Positions 10,876 to 23,284 of a stretch of 64,000 nucleotides of DNA are shown here, piece by piece. A program made the translations under genes and the position numbers. Source of the stretch: Selaginella moellendorffii (lineage: Eukaryota; Plantae; Lycopodiophyta). Where the stretch lies: NCBI RefSeq assembly GCF_000143415.4, contig NW_003314299.1:606229-670228 (forward strand), read 5' to 3'. Positions within the stretch are counted from its first letter, which is position 1; each line of letters starts with the position of its first letter. Under the pieces are notes generated by a model. The model was not told the origin of the DNA. It saw only the letters and a list, made by a program, of their open reading frames with translations, and did not search any database.

Positions 10876-12410
10876 ATGAGGATCGCGCAAGCCCTTTTCA
10901 TTGGGCTGATCCTTTTCACAAGCTCATATTCTTCGCTCGCTGGGTAAGTTCTTCTCCTCCAAATCCAAGTCTTAGAGAGATTCTTTGGATTTTCTTCCAG
11001 GAAAAGCTACTATGAGATTCTCGAGGTCTCCAAATCCGCGTCAGAGAGCCAGATAAAGCGCGCTTACAGGAAGCTCGCTTTGAAGTATCACCCGGACAAA
11101 AATCCCGGGAACGAGGAGGCAAACAAGAAATTCACAGAGCTCACGAACGGTAAGCACTGCGAATGTAGTGTGATTTTCTTATGCTTGGCTATGGTTTTTT
11201 AGCATATGAGGTGCTTATCGATGAGGAGAAGCGCCAGATATATGATAAGTTTGGAGAGGAGGGTCTAAAGCAAAACGGTGGTGGTGGAAGAGGTGGTGGA
11301 AACTTTGCTCGGGATATTTTTTCACAGTGAGTTTGTCGATCGATCTAGAAGGAGAAATTAACGTTTCGGTATGCAGGTTTTTTGGTGGCGGAGGATTTGA
11401 GGAGGAGAGTGAAGAAAAGACTCCAAAAGGAGACGATGTGATTGTAGAACTCTATGCCACATTGGAGGATTTGTACATGGGAAATACTTTTGAGGTATGC
11501 TTGAGTTTTTAGCCCTTCTTGAGAGTGAGAATGCTTGTTTTGTTGGAAACCAGATGTGGCGAGAAAAGAATGTTTTGAAACCGGCACCGGGGAAACGGCA
11601 GTGCAACTGTAAAAACGAGGTTGTACATAGACAACTGGGGCCTGGAATGTATCAACAATTTACACAGCAGGTATTTTGTTCTACGAGCCTTTACAAGAGA
11701 TCGATTGTCTTTGTTGTGCAGGTTTGCGAACAATGTCCCAATGTCAAGTTTGCTCGCGAAGGCTACCACATCACCGTTGATATAGAGAAGGGAATGAAGG
11801 ATGGACATGTGAGTGCGTTTTTTTTTTTTCTTTCATTGATCAATGTCTTTTTTTTTCTACATAGGAAATCACGTTTCATGAGGATGGCGAACCGATAATT
11901 GATGGAGATCCAGGCGACTTGAAGGTCCGAAGCGTCTTTTACTTCTTTCCAAAATCCAGTGTTTATTTGGTTTCTTGTGCAGTTTGTTGTGCGTACCGAG
12001 AAGCACGACCGGTTCGAGAGACATGGAAACAACCTTCACACAGCTGTTACCATTTCCTTGGTAGGCTAGAAGCTAACCATTCACAGTCTAGATTACTGAC
12101 GAAATTCTTTGCGGCAGCTTGAAGCGTTGGTTGGTTTTGAAAAGGAGATCAAACATCTCGATGGCCACGCCGTTAGCATCGGTAGTACGGTAAGAACGCA
12201 AACTCCACTACAAAACTAATGGAGCTAACTTGGTCGGACTGCTGTCCTCAGGGTGTTACAAAGCCGAAAGAAGTTAGGCGATTCCGCAGCCAAGGCATGC
12301 CCATTTTTGAGAGTGTAAACTCGGGCGACTTGCTTGTTACATACGAAGTAGATTTCCCAAAGACATTGACAGACGCTCAGAAGGAAGCAATCAAGAAAGT
12401 TTTCAGCTGA
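10876..12410 (+). CDS. ERDJ3B: ER-luminal DnaJ co-chaperone (ERdj3B/DNAJB11 type), multi-exon
   Basis: Signal peptide [24 protein letters not shown] domain KSYYEILEV...[50 protein letters not shown], and C-terminus AIKKVFS*. Confidence 0.93.
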
Positions 12411-12453
12411 GGTAATCCTTCACAGTTTTATTAGAGGCACAGCCACAGATCAA

Positions 12454-12991
12454 TCAAGGCTCGTGAACGTAGCTACCAACGCGGATCATGACGCCGTCTA
12501 TATCTCTCACATATCCAACCTTCTGACCCCATTTTTTCTCCTCAGGCTTAGCAACCGAGACCGCTCCAGCTCGAACAACATGCTACAAAATCGAGGAATT
12601 AAGATCTAGAAAGGGGAAGAACACAAGAACGCAAAAGAAGGAGAAGAGAGGCTACCTCGTATGCCGCATCAACGTCTTGGTAGCTAAAACTTATCTCCAC
12701 ATTGTGGCGTGGCTCGTCCTTAGAAGCTGTTTGGACACCTCCAGTTATAGCAGTCTCGTGTTGCTCTAGAGGAGTGAAAGACAGCGTTGTAGAGCCCGTC
12801 TCGAGCTCGGCCCATCTAAAGATCAAAAACAAGCTCACAGATTTTTAACACCCAAGCATCTCTAGAACTTACTTGCGAGTGTTGTCAATGCGACGAACTT
12901 TGAGCCCAAACGCTTTGGAGTAGAAATCCACCGACTTGGTCACGTCCTTGCAGTAGATGGTGATGTAGGCGAGCTTTGGAGGCGTTGCCAT
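12454..12991 (-). CDS. DSI-1VOC: Glyoxalase/VOC-family protein, desiccation-induced DSI-1VOC type (3 exons)
   Basis: MATPPKLAYITIYCKDVTKSVDFYSKAFGLKVRRID / WAELETGSTTLSFTPLEQHET...YQDVDAAYE / GAVSVAKPEEKKWGQKVGYVRDIDGVMIRVGSYVHEP*. Closely resembles the DSI-1VOC sequence as I recall it. Confidence 0.82.
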
Positions 12992-13045
12992 GATAATCAC
13001 CAGGCAAAGAGGAAACTTGCAATGCTTGAGAGTTATATTGTGAAG

Positions 13046-13070
13046 CATGCATGCACAAGACCTACGTGGC
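13046..13070 (-). promoter_or_regulatory. RY repeat (CATGCATG) plus ABRE (ACGTGGC) upstream of DSI-1VOC
   Basis: CATGCATGCA at 13046-13055 and TACGTGGC at 13063-13070. TATA-like TATAA on the minus strand at ~13033-13037, 45-80 bp upstream of the ATG. Confidence 0.6.
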
Positions 13071-13092
13071 GGGCGGGATGTTTGACAAGTGG

Positions 13093-13174
13093 GTGGACGT
13101 GCCGGAGTGGTTATCGGGCATGACTAGAAATCATGTGGGCTTTGCCCGCGCAGGTTCGAATCCTGCCGTCCACG
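13093..13174 (+). tRNA. tRNA-Ser (anticodon AGA)
   Basis: GTGGACG...CGTCCACG acceptor stem, anticodon arm CATGA-CT AGA AA-TCATG, long variable arm, GGTTCGAATCC T-loop, and TTTT terminator 4 nt downstream. Confidence 0.97.
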
Positions 13175-16156
13175 GCCATTTTATTTAATTTCTTTAAAGT
13201 CGTAAAATAAGGCCATCTATAAAAAAAACGCTTTTAGGGATCAAACCCTCTGAACTCATTCATTGAACTCTTAAATGATGAGAGTAGAGAGAGTCATATT
13301 AAGAGGTTTACTCAAAGTTTTATTAGATATTATTAAGATACTATAAATTCATGATTGTATTTATTTTCATTTTTATTTTATATATTTTTTAAATACCTTA
13401 ATTTTTTAGGTGTACATACAAAATCCCTAGGCCCTAAAGTGGAGCCAAAAGGGTGCCACGTGATAGTGGCCGAAATGAAACGAAAGCTAAACAAATATAA
13501 CACGTTTGGACTAAAAACTCTGACTTGAAAAGGTCGAAAGCAAGAGTGGAACTCTTAACGAAAGGCTCGAAGAACAAGCATGAAGCAAGCAATGAGTGAG
13601 TCTCTAGAAAAAGGACACAAGAGGACCAAAACATGACACGTGGAAGAGTCCGAGATGGAGTTTGAGATGAACCCGAGATGGAGTTCGAGATGGACCCAAG
13701 ATGGAGTCTGAGATGGAACTGGGACTGAGACCAAGACTGAGACCGAGACCAAGTCCGAGTCCAAGACCGGGACCGATACCGAGTCCGAGTCTGAGTCCGA
13801 ATACTAATACAGGCAATTGGGTGAAAGCCCAAAGCGATTGTCCCCCAAGCTGGGGGGGGGAATGCAGGGGGTTCCAAAAGTATAATAGGGAGAGTGTGGA
13901 GCCAATTTGGCCCAGGAAGGCTGTACCCAGGTGTTGGGTGATGAGCTGACCACTGGGAAGTCCAAGACTAGAGTGAATAAGGACCGACAAGTGGGGTAGC
14001 TTAGTAAAGTGTTCAAGAGTCGGCTCTAGTTCCCCTGGGAAATCGAATGGTCGATGCTCCTAATCCAAGTGTGGGTGGCACTACCTACTTGGATACCTGG
14101 CGTGGCTCAACAGAACTTCGCTTTAAACCCATGGCTAGAGCACCTAAAGGCAAAAGGCGGGGAAAGTACTTATGAGGCCTGTGTAGAGCCACGGTGTTCT
14201 GAAATGTTGTCCCAAAATCCTAGACTGTGGAAAGGAAGAGGAGTAGCCCTCTGGTGTGGTGACCAAGGACACAGTCACACAGTGAGGAAGTCCCAGAGGA
14301 CAGTGGGACTTAGTGGTCGAGCCTGTGGGCCTTGATTTAGTGGCAGTGTTGGCAAATACAACCATGGACAGAAAGGGACTTGGTAGAGACTGGAACGGAG
14401 ATATTGGGGAAGGCTATTTCCCATGTTTGCAGACATCCTAAGGATGCTAAGGAGTGGATCTGGGATGACCACTCATGGTCAGATGGCCTAGTCTTTGAGA
14501 GAAGGGATTGCAATGTAGGTGGTGTTGGACCACTGATGTGACCAAGATGAATGGGCATGGCTTAGCGTAACGGGTTGATATGTCAATGGTACCTTGGGGT
14601 GTCAGTCATAAGATCGAACACGTGGAGCACTTGGACCAAATGCAAAGGTTGAGTGGTATGGATGCCATTCTCGGGGTTAGCAAGCCCTAAGTCCTAAATT
14701 GGACTTATGGAGGTTGTGAGTGAGACTCCTCCAAGTGGCTAGAGAGGTGGTTAAGTGTCTAAGAAAATTTAGTTGCTTACAATTTGGTATTGGAGCCGTT
14801 CCTTAGTCTGACTTTTATTGGTGCTCGAGTATATCACCACTGGTGTTGGCATTGGAAGGTCGTAGAAGTGAGCTTATCCTTGAGGAGTAGTAAGTCGGGA
14901 AGACATAACTCTCCACTACAGTTCATGTGTGAATTTATAGATGAGGTGGTGGATAGAAAAGGGCCAATAATGGAACGACTTTGGGATCTTGTGAACAGTA
15001 TAAAGCTTTCCTTGGTGAGTTGAGGATGTGATCTAGATAGTGTTTGATTTAGCAAACTGGCCAATGTAGTTGTGGTAAACAACTGTGGTTGGGATCATGG
15101 GAAAGATAGAGACTCCAAAACTATAAAGGAGTTACAATATTATCCTCATATAGTTGAGGTTAGTTCTCATGAATTTAAGACCGGAATTAAGGACCTTGAG
15201 AGGTTAAATACGGATGAGGAGATGAGTCCTTGAAATGGTAGTTGAGGCTACTCTTTATAAATGTTGGAACAAACCCAAGGAGTTGGGGGTGTGCTCAGAG
15301 AATGAGTCGGTATTTTCATAATATGGACAAATAGTCTTAAGGGGCAAAGGTAACCGACATAGAACAGAAAATAATCAAGTGTTGGAGTAACACTTGCAGA
15401 TATGGTCCTTATGAATAGGACATAAATACACAGAGTTGTATTCAAGCAAGCTGACACTTCAAAAATAGGACCTCACGGGTTATTGGATTAGCAAAGTCCA
15501 AAAATGTTAGGTGACTCAAGTAAAGTCAAGAAATGGTCATAAGGGATTGGTACAAGCATTTGAACTGAGGTGTGTTGTGCCCCACGATGGATGGGGGGGG
15601 GGATCATAAGATCCAAATATGAGAATAGTGGGTATCTCATGGATAGCAGAATGTGCCATACCAAAGTCGTAGGAAAGGTGTTCCTAGAAGAGAACAACTT
15701 TGACATAAGTTATGCATAAACTCTATAGTGTAGTGCTAATGGATAGTTGGCATGAAAAAAAATTGCATTGGTCTTGGCAAGGACCTAGACACAAAAAAAA
15801 AGTGTCTTAAAGGTAGGCTCATAGAGTCGATGGTGTGAAAACACCGAATGTGCCAAAGTGTAATGCCTTGAGATCAAGTTAGCGGGTTCATGAGAACCTC
15901 TTTCCAAAAGAATCCTAATGGAAATAGGAATGGCATGGCTTAAACTGGAATGCATGCGGTTAGAGTGTGGTGACCCAAATAATGATGGAGGTGTGAAAGC
16001 ACCAATAATGAGTTGTAGGACTTGACAACTATAAAGCAACTAAACAAAAGGTGCAAAATAATTGGTTAAACAGGTAAAAGGTAATTACCCAAAACTTCTT
16101 AATAGCATATGAAGTTAGATATGCCCTTATGGTAGATAAATTGCTTATGTTGCAAT

Positions 16157-17766
16157 TGTGAGACACAAAATCCCTAGGCCCCAAAGTGGAGCCGAAAGGG
16201 CGCCACGTGGTAGTGGTTGAAGCGAAAGCCAAACAAGCATAACATGTTTGGACTAAAAGTTCTGACTTGAAAGGTTGAGAGCGGGAGTGGAACTCCCAAC
16301 AAAGTGCTCAAGGAATGAGCACGAAGCGAGCAATAAGCGAGGCTCTAAAAAAGGGACCCAAAAGGACCAACACATGACACGTGGAAGTGTTTGAGCTGGA
16401 CCTGAGATGGAGTCTGAGATGGACCGCAATGGAGTCCGAGATGGAGTCTGAGATGGATTTGAGATGGAGTCCGAGATGGAGTTTGAGATGGAGTTCGAGA
16501 TGGACCCGAGATGGAGTCCGAGATGGACCCAAGATGGAGTCCGAGATGGAGTCTGAGATGGACTCTGAGATGGACTCGAGATGGAATTCGAGATGGAGTC
16601 CGAGAAGGACACAAGATGGAGTCCGAGGTCGAGACCAAGACCGAGACCGAGACCGAGACCGGGACCGAGACCGGGACCAGGACTGAGATCAAGACCGAGA
16701 TCGAGATCAGGACCGAGACTGAGACCGAGGCCGAGGCTGAGGCCGAGACCGAGCCTGAGCTCGAGTCTGAGAGGGTGAAAGCCCAAAGCGTTCGTCTCCC
16801 AAACCCTAGGGGGTTTGGTGAGTTCCAAAAGTATAGTAAGGGGGAGGATTGCAGTGGAGCCAGTTTGGCCAGGAAAGGCTAGTTTGGCCCATGAAGGCTG
16901 TACCCAGTGTTGGGTGATGAGCTGCCCACTGGGAAGTCCAAGACTAGAATGAACATGGACCAACAAGTGGGGTAGTTTGGTGAAGTGTTCAAGAGCCGGC
17001 TCTAGTTCCCCTGGGAGATCGATTGGCCGATGCTCCCAGTCCAAGTGTGGGTGGCACTACCTACTTGGATACTTGGTGTGGCTCAACGGAACCTCGCTCT
17101 AAGCCCATGGCTAGAGCACCCAAAGGCGGAAGGCGGGGAGAGTACCCACAAAGCTCGCGTAAGGCCACAGTGTTCCGAAATGTTGCCCCAAAGTCCCAAT
17201 CTGTGAAAAGGAAGAGGAGCCATCCTATAGTGTAGAGACCCAGGATACGGTCATGTGAGGAGGAAGTCCCAGAGGACCATGGGACTTAGTGGTCGGGCTT
17301 GTGGGCCTCGATCCAATGGCAATGTTGGCGAACACGGCCATAAGCAGAAAGGGACTTGGTGGGGACCGGAAAAGGGATATTGGGGAAGGCTATTCCCCAT
17401 ATCTATGGGCATCTTAAGGTTGCTAAGGAGTGGATCTAGGATGATCACTCATGGACAGATGGCCCAGTCTTTGAGAGACAGGACTATGATGTAGGTGGTG
17501 TCAGACCACCGATGTGACCAAGGTGAATGGGCATGGCCTTAGTGTAACGGGCTGATATATCGGTGGTACCTTGGGGTGTCGGTCATGGGATCGGACACGT
17601 GGAGCACTTGGACCAAGTGCAAAGGTTGAATGGTAGGGATGCCATTCTCGGGGCTAGCAAACCCAAGTCCAAAATAGGACTTATGGAGGTTGTGAGTGGG
17701 ACTCCTCCAAGTGGTCGGAGGTGTGGTTAAGTGACTAAAGTAGAATGAAAAAATTAGTCTCTTACA
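16157..17766 (+). mobile_element. Solo LTR of the same family nested in the internal region
   Basis: TGTGAGACAC...CTTACA termini and a perfect 5-bp TSD GCAAT (16152-16156 / 17767-17771). Colinear with the LTR at 13411-14781. Confidence 0.92.
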
Positions 17767-19545
17767 GCAATATAATAAGTCAATGTCGTAAAAGGAAATG
17801 CTCATTATCAAGGAGGCCATCATTAGGACACCCAAACACTCTAGAACACCAGGAGGTGGTGTTTAGTGTCACAAGGGCAATAAATAAGGCCCAAGGGACT
17901 AAGTCCCTAGCGAATGATGGATAGAAGGTGCTATCCAAACGTCCAAGGTTGCAGGGACAAAAGAAAACCATCTACCCAAATTGGACAAAACCAAAATGGA
18001 ATTTTGGCAAGGCTAGTGATGGGTATATAAAAGCCCATAAATAACAACGTTAATCCTAATATGTGGGATTATAAGTTGAGCATACCCGGATTGAGGAACC
18101 ACTCCCTAGGCTATTAGGTAGGTTCATCCTTAAGAATACTTACTACGGCATAGTAAAAAGTGCAAAGTTATCCTCCTAGTCTGGAGGACAATAACCGAAG
18201 AAAAGTTGTGAGGCCAAAAATAAATAGTAAGGGGATAGAACCAAACCATAGGAATCAAATTGCATAACCAAGGGTGGTTATACCAGTTGAGAGTGGAAAA
18301 TCAAGTGGGTGCTCAAGCATGTTGTTATTAACAACCATGATGCCATAGAGAGTGTAAAGCATGGAATTGTCCATGTTAAACAATATAGCAATTAAAAAGC
18401 TTGTGAAAAGAGAGGCATTAGCAAGCTAAGGGACAGAGTTCCTTCAAAGGTTCCCAAAGACAATTTTAGGTAGCTTAGTACCTAAGTGTAAATGGTTCAT
18501 AAAACGCGTGAAATTAGAGTGGCGCAACAGAAACGTGACCTTGAAGCTTGCTATAACGCAATGCTATCAAGGTTGGGGAAGCAGTTCCCGAATGCTCAAA
18601 GGGATGGCTTTGAATAAAAGTCGATAGTCGAGGACTTTCACGCTTATGCATGGAACCATGTTATGTTGGTCGGATGACTTGCTAAGTGAGATTGGCAAGT
18701 TAGGGGAACAAATCCCCTAGTTGAAGGTGCTAACTTCAAAAGGGTGGCTCATGGGGCCAAGCATAGAGGAGTCTATGCATGATCATAAACTTGTCAAGTG
18801 AGAGGATTTGGTAGTGCAGAAAAACTACATTCCTAAGTTGTGATTTGTAGCGCATTTTAACTATAAGTTGGTGCACCAGCATGGGGAGTCATGCCAGGCA
18901 TCTTGAGTGATGTCGTCCATAGATGCATATACGGAGGTTAGGTTTGAGTCCTGACCTTCTAGTGTTTGGGTTCGAGTCCCAACTTACTAGGGCGCAGTGA
19001 TGGTTTGGAATATGAGAACACTCATTTTTCGGTGGTCATGAACTCTTAGTAAGGAGACTAGCTTGGTGACACCGCTAAGCGGGGGATGCCCCAGAGTCGT
19101 GAATCATAGTTAGATTGCTTAGTGTGGCTTAGCATATCTAACTTAAACACTTTGGTGCAAGTGGCACCAAAGACGTGATGAAGGAGATGGGGACACCCAG
19201 TCTTAGTTGCTATGGACCCTTAGCCGGAAGGGCTGGCTTGGGTGCACTGCCAAGTGTGGGGGATGCCCCCGAGGTCATGATGAACAACTTAAAGGTCTAA
19301 AGGACTTAGTACCTATTGACAAACCTTTTAAGGTGCCAAGGTTAGATTACTAGGTGATCTTATGGCTGAAACAAAGATAAAGTCCTTGTGAGGGTAAGGA
19401 ATAAGGTTCCTAGGTCAAAGTGTTGATTTGAATAGTTGATGATGGTGTGGCTTGGTCAAAGTGACCAAACGGGAAGAACATCTAAAGGAAATGAATTGTG
19501 ACAATGCAATAGCATAGTGAGTCCAAAGAAAGTAGTCTCTATAAG

Positions 19546-19843
19546 TGTAGCGCATGTGATTATGGGATGAGATTTGGATATACTGTCACCGTGGATCCTT
19601 GGAACCTTGGGGGATAAATGGGGATAAAATAGCCATTAAGGGCTCTCTCATCAAGCAATTGCCCCTTTTTCAGTTGGCTTAAGAGGAGAGAGATAAGGTG
19701 CACTACAGTTGGTATCAGAGCAAATGTCACGAGTTCGATGAGAAAGCTCTTAGTGGCTATTTTATCCCCATTTATCCCCCAAGGTTCTAAGGATCCACGG
19801 TGATAGTATATCCAAATTTCATCCCATGATCACATGCGCTACA
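19546..19843. mobile_element. 298-bp fold-back mini-element (TRIM-like LTR + PBS + inverted partial LTR)
   Basis: TG...CA ends and TSD ATAAG (19541-19545 / 19844-19848). ~107-bp inverted arms at 19546-19652 and 19737-19843. Canonical PBS TGGTATCAGAGC at 19710-19721. Confidence 0.85.
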
Positions 19844-21414
19844 ATAAGAGACCCATGGGAGGGTCATAAAGTTGGCCCGTGGATAGAGCCCACAGTAGAA
19901 AATGCTAAAGAGACATACTAGGGGTGAACACCCTCTAGACTTGACAAAAAAAAGTCTTTGTTATGGAACCAAAAGAATACCTCAAGAATGGAGGTAGCGA
20001 TCCTATGCTACTAAATGCAACAATCAATAGATAGAAGCAAAAGACTAGTGGATGAGAAAAAAACCATGGGAATCATATGAAAGAATCCAAATGGCAAAGT
20101 TAGGCCAAGAACACTAATGTGTTGCGTGCTAACGGATTGTGGAAAAGGCAATGTGTTTTCAAGGATGGATTCTCAATTGCTTCGATTTAGCAGAAGTGGA
20201 AGTTCCAAAGGAAGGAGCAGTAAGGTAGCCAAATGATAGGGCTGTGAACAGCCCTAACACAAATTATGATAACTGGAACTTAATGCCAAAGGTAGCACAA
20301 AATTGAAGAGAAGATGATGGTGCCCTTAAGTAGAAAATTTCCTAGGATGGGGAAGTGGAGTTGCACCATATGTGCAATGCAAGGTGTCGGAGACACCTAG
20401 GAAAGTGACTCTGAGAAGTCAAAATTAAAAGTTCCAAAATGCAAAGGTTATATCGATAAAAACTAAGATTACCTGAGAATAGTTAGTGGGATTGAAATAA
20501 AAAAAGTGTCTCTAATAGGTTTAGTGAGAACTAAACTAATAAAAAGAGAGAACCACCACAAGTGGTCAAATGAGTTTCTAAGTTGGAGAGATTATGCTCC
20601 TTAAAGGATGGACAAGACATAGTGAGCCTTTGATGTCAAACCATTGATGAGTATTGGCTAGGTGCCAAGGATGGAAAGGGTAATACATGTTAGTATTACT
20701 TTATAAAATGGTTTATCGTTTGATGAGGACATCAAATTTTGTTTATGGGTGGTGGAGTTGTGAGACAAAAAATCCCTAGGCCCCAAAGTGGAGCCGAAAG
20801 GGTGCCACGTGGTAGTGGCCGAAGCAAAAGCCAAATGAGTGTAACACGTTTGGACTAAAAGCTCCGACTTGAAAAGGTCAAGAGCGGGAATGGAACACCC
20901 AACGAAGGGCTTGAGGAACAAGCATGAAGCGAGCAATGAATGAGTCTCTAGAAAAGGGACACAAGAGGACCAATACATGACACGTGGAAAAGTCTGAGAT
21001 GGAGTCCGAAATGGACCCGAGATGGACCCGAGATGGAGTCCGAGATGGACCCGAGATGGAGTCCGATATGGACCTGAGATGGAGTCCGAGATGGACCCGA
21101 GATGGAGTCCAAGATGGAGTCTGAGATAGATTCCGATATGGACCTGAGATGGAGTCCGAGATGGAACCGGGACCGAGACCGAGACCAAGTCCCAATCTAA
21201 GTGGGCCTTGATTCAGTGGCAGTGTTGGCGAATACGGCCATGGACAGAAAGGGACTTGATAGGGACCGAAACGGAGATATTGGGGAAGGCTATTTCCCAT
21301 GTCTACAAGCATCCTAAAGATGCTAAGGAGTGGATCTGGGATGACCACTCATGGACGGATGGCCCAGTATTTGAGAGATAGCATTGCAATGCAGGTGGTG
21401 TTAGACCACCAATG

Positions 21415-23284
21415 TGTAAGCGACTAATTTTTTCATTCTACTTTAGTCACTTAACCGCACCTCCGACCACTTGGAGGAGTCTCATTCACGACCTCCATAA
21501 GTCCCATTCAGAACTTGGGGCTTGCTAGCCCCGCGAATAGCATCCACGCCACTCAACTTTTGCACTTGGTCCAAGTGCTCCACGTGTCCGATCCCTTGAC
21601 CGACACCCCAAGGCACCACCAACATACCAGCCCATTACGCTAGGCCATGCCCAATCACCTTGGTCACATCGGTAGTCCAACACCACCTGCATTGCAATCC
21701 CGTCTTTCCAAGACTGGGTTATCCGTCCATGAGTGGTCATCCCAGATCCACTCCTTAGCATCCTTAGGATGCTCATAGACATGGGAAATAGCCTTCCCCA
21801 ATATCTCCTTTTTGGTCCCCACCAAGTCCCTTTCTGTCCATGGCCGTGTTCACCAACACTACCACTGAATCAAGGCCCACAGGTCTGACCTCTAAGTCCA
21901 ACTGTCCTTTGGGACTTCCTCACTGGGTGACCGTGTCCTTTATCACCACACCAGAGGGGTATTCCTTTTCCTTTCCACAGTCTGGGACTTTGGGACAACA
22001 TTTCGGAACACTGTGGCCCTACGTGGGCCTCATGGGTACTCTCCTCGCCTTCTGCCTTTGGGTGTTCTAGCCATGGGCTTAGAGCGAGGTTCCGTTGAGC
22101 CACACCAGGTATCCAAGTAGGTAGTGCCACCCACACTTGGACTGGGAGCATCGGCCAGTTGATCTCCCAGGGGAACTAGAGCCAGCTCTTGAACACTTCA
22201 CCAAGCTACCCCGCTTGTCGGTTTGTGTTCACTCTAGTCTTGGACTTCCCAGTGGGCAGCTCATCACCCAACACTGGGTCCGGCCTTCCTAGGCCAAACT
22301 GGCCTTTCCTGGCCAAACTGGCCTTTCCTGGCCAAACTGGCTCCACTGCAGCCCTCCCCCTTACTATACTTTTGGAGCTCACCAAACCCCCCAGGGTCTA
22401 GGAGATGAACGCTTTGGGCTTTCACCCTCTCAGGCTCGAACTCGGACTCGGCCTCGGACTCGGACTCGGACTCGGACTCGGACTCGGACTCGGACTCGGA
22501 CTCGGACTCGGATTCGGACTCGGACTCGGACTCGGACTCGGACTCGGCCTCGGTCTCGGTCTCGGTCCCGATCTCGGTCTCGGTCTTGGTCCCGGTCTCG
22601 ACTTCGGACTCCATCTCGGGTCCATCTCGGACTCCATCTTGGACTCCATCTTGGACTCCACCTCGGACTCCATCTCGGGTCCTTCTTGGACTCCATCTCG
22701 GACTCCATCTCGGGTCCATCTCGGGTCCATCTTGGGTCCATCTCGAGTCAATCTCGGACTCCATCTCGGACTCCATCTCGGATTCCATCTCAGACTCCAT
22801 CTTGGGTCCATCTCGGACTCCATCTCGGACTCCATCTCGGGTCCATCTCGGACTCCATCTTGGACTCCACCTCGGACTCCATCTCGGGTCCTTCTTGGAC
22901 TCCATCTCGGACTCCATCTCGGACTCCATCTCGGGTCCATCTCGGGTCCATCTTGGGTCCATCTCGAGTCAATCTCGGACTCCATCTCGGACTCCATCTC
23001 AGACTCCATCTCAGACTCCATCTTGGGTCCATCTCGGACTCCATCTCGGGTCCATCTCGGACTCCATCTTGGACTCCATCTCGGGTCCTTTTTTGGAGCC
23101 TCGCTTATTGCTCTCTTTGTGCTTGTTTCTCGAGCACTTCGTTGGGAGTTCAACTCCCGCTCTCGACCTTTCAAGGCGGAGCTTTTAGTCCAAACATATT
23201 ACGCTCGTTTGGCTTTCGTTTCGGCCACTACCACGTGGTGCCCTTTCGGCTCCACTTTGGGGCCTAGGGATTTTGTGTCTCACA
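21415..23284 (-). mobile_element. Inverted solo LTR inserted into the 3' LTR of the host element
   Basis: Reverse-complement LTR termini (TGTAAGCG... / ...GTCTCACA) and a perfect TSD CAATG (21410-21414 / 23285-23289). The host LTR sequence resumes exactly at 'tgaccaagg'. Confidence 0.92.
22436..23087 (-). repeat. Expanded LTR minisatellite: (GAGTCC)n plus 11/12-mers GAGATGGACCC / GAGATGGAGTCC
   Basis: Direct reading. Shorter versions of the same array occur at ~13650-13800, 16400-16770 and 20995-21190. Confidence 0.92.

Noticed and set aside
13935-13963. TGGGTGA...TGACCACTGGGAAGTCC in the LTR resembles the 5S rRNA C-box region of Cassandra elements
   Set aside because: Match is short, no A-box (AGTTAAGC) was seen, and the LTR is much longer than Cassandra LTRs.
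18846-19500. Possible further nested LTR starting TGTAGCGCA with B-box-like GGTTCGAGTCCC
   Set aside because: No matching right terminus or TSD could be found.
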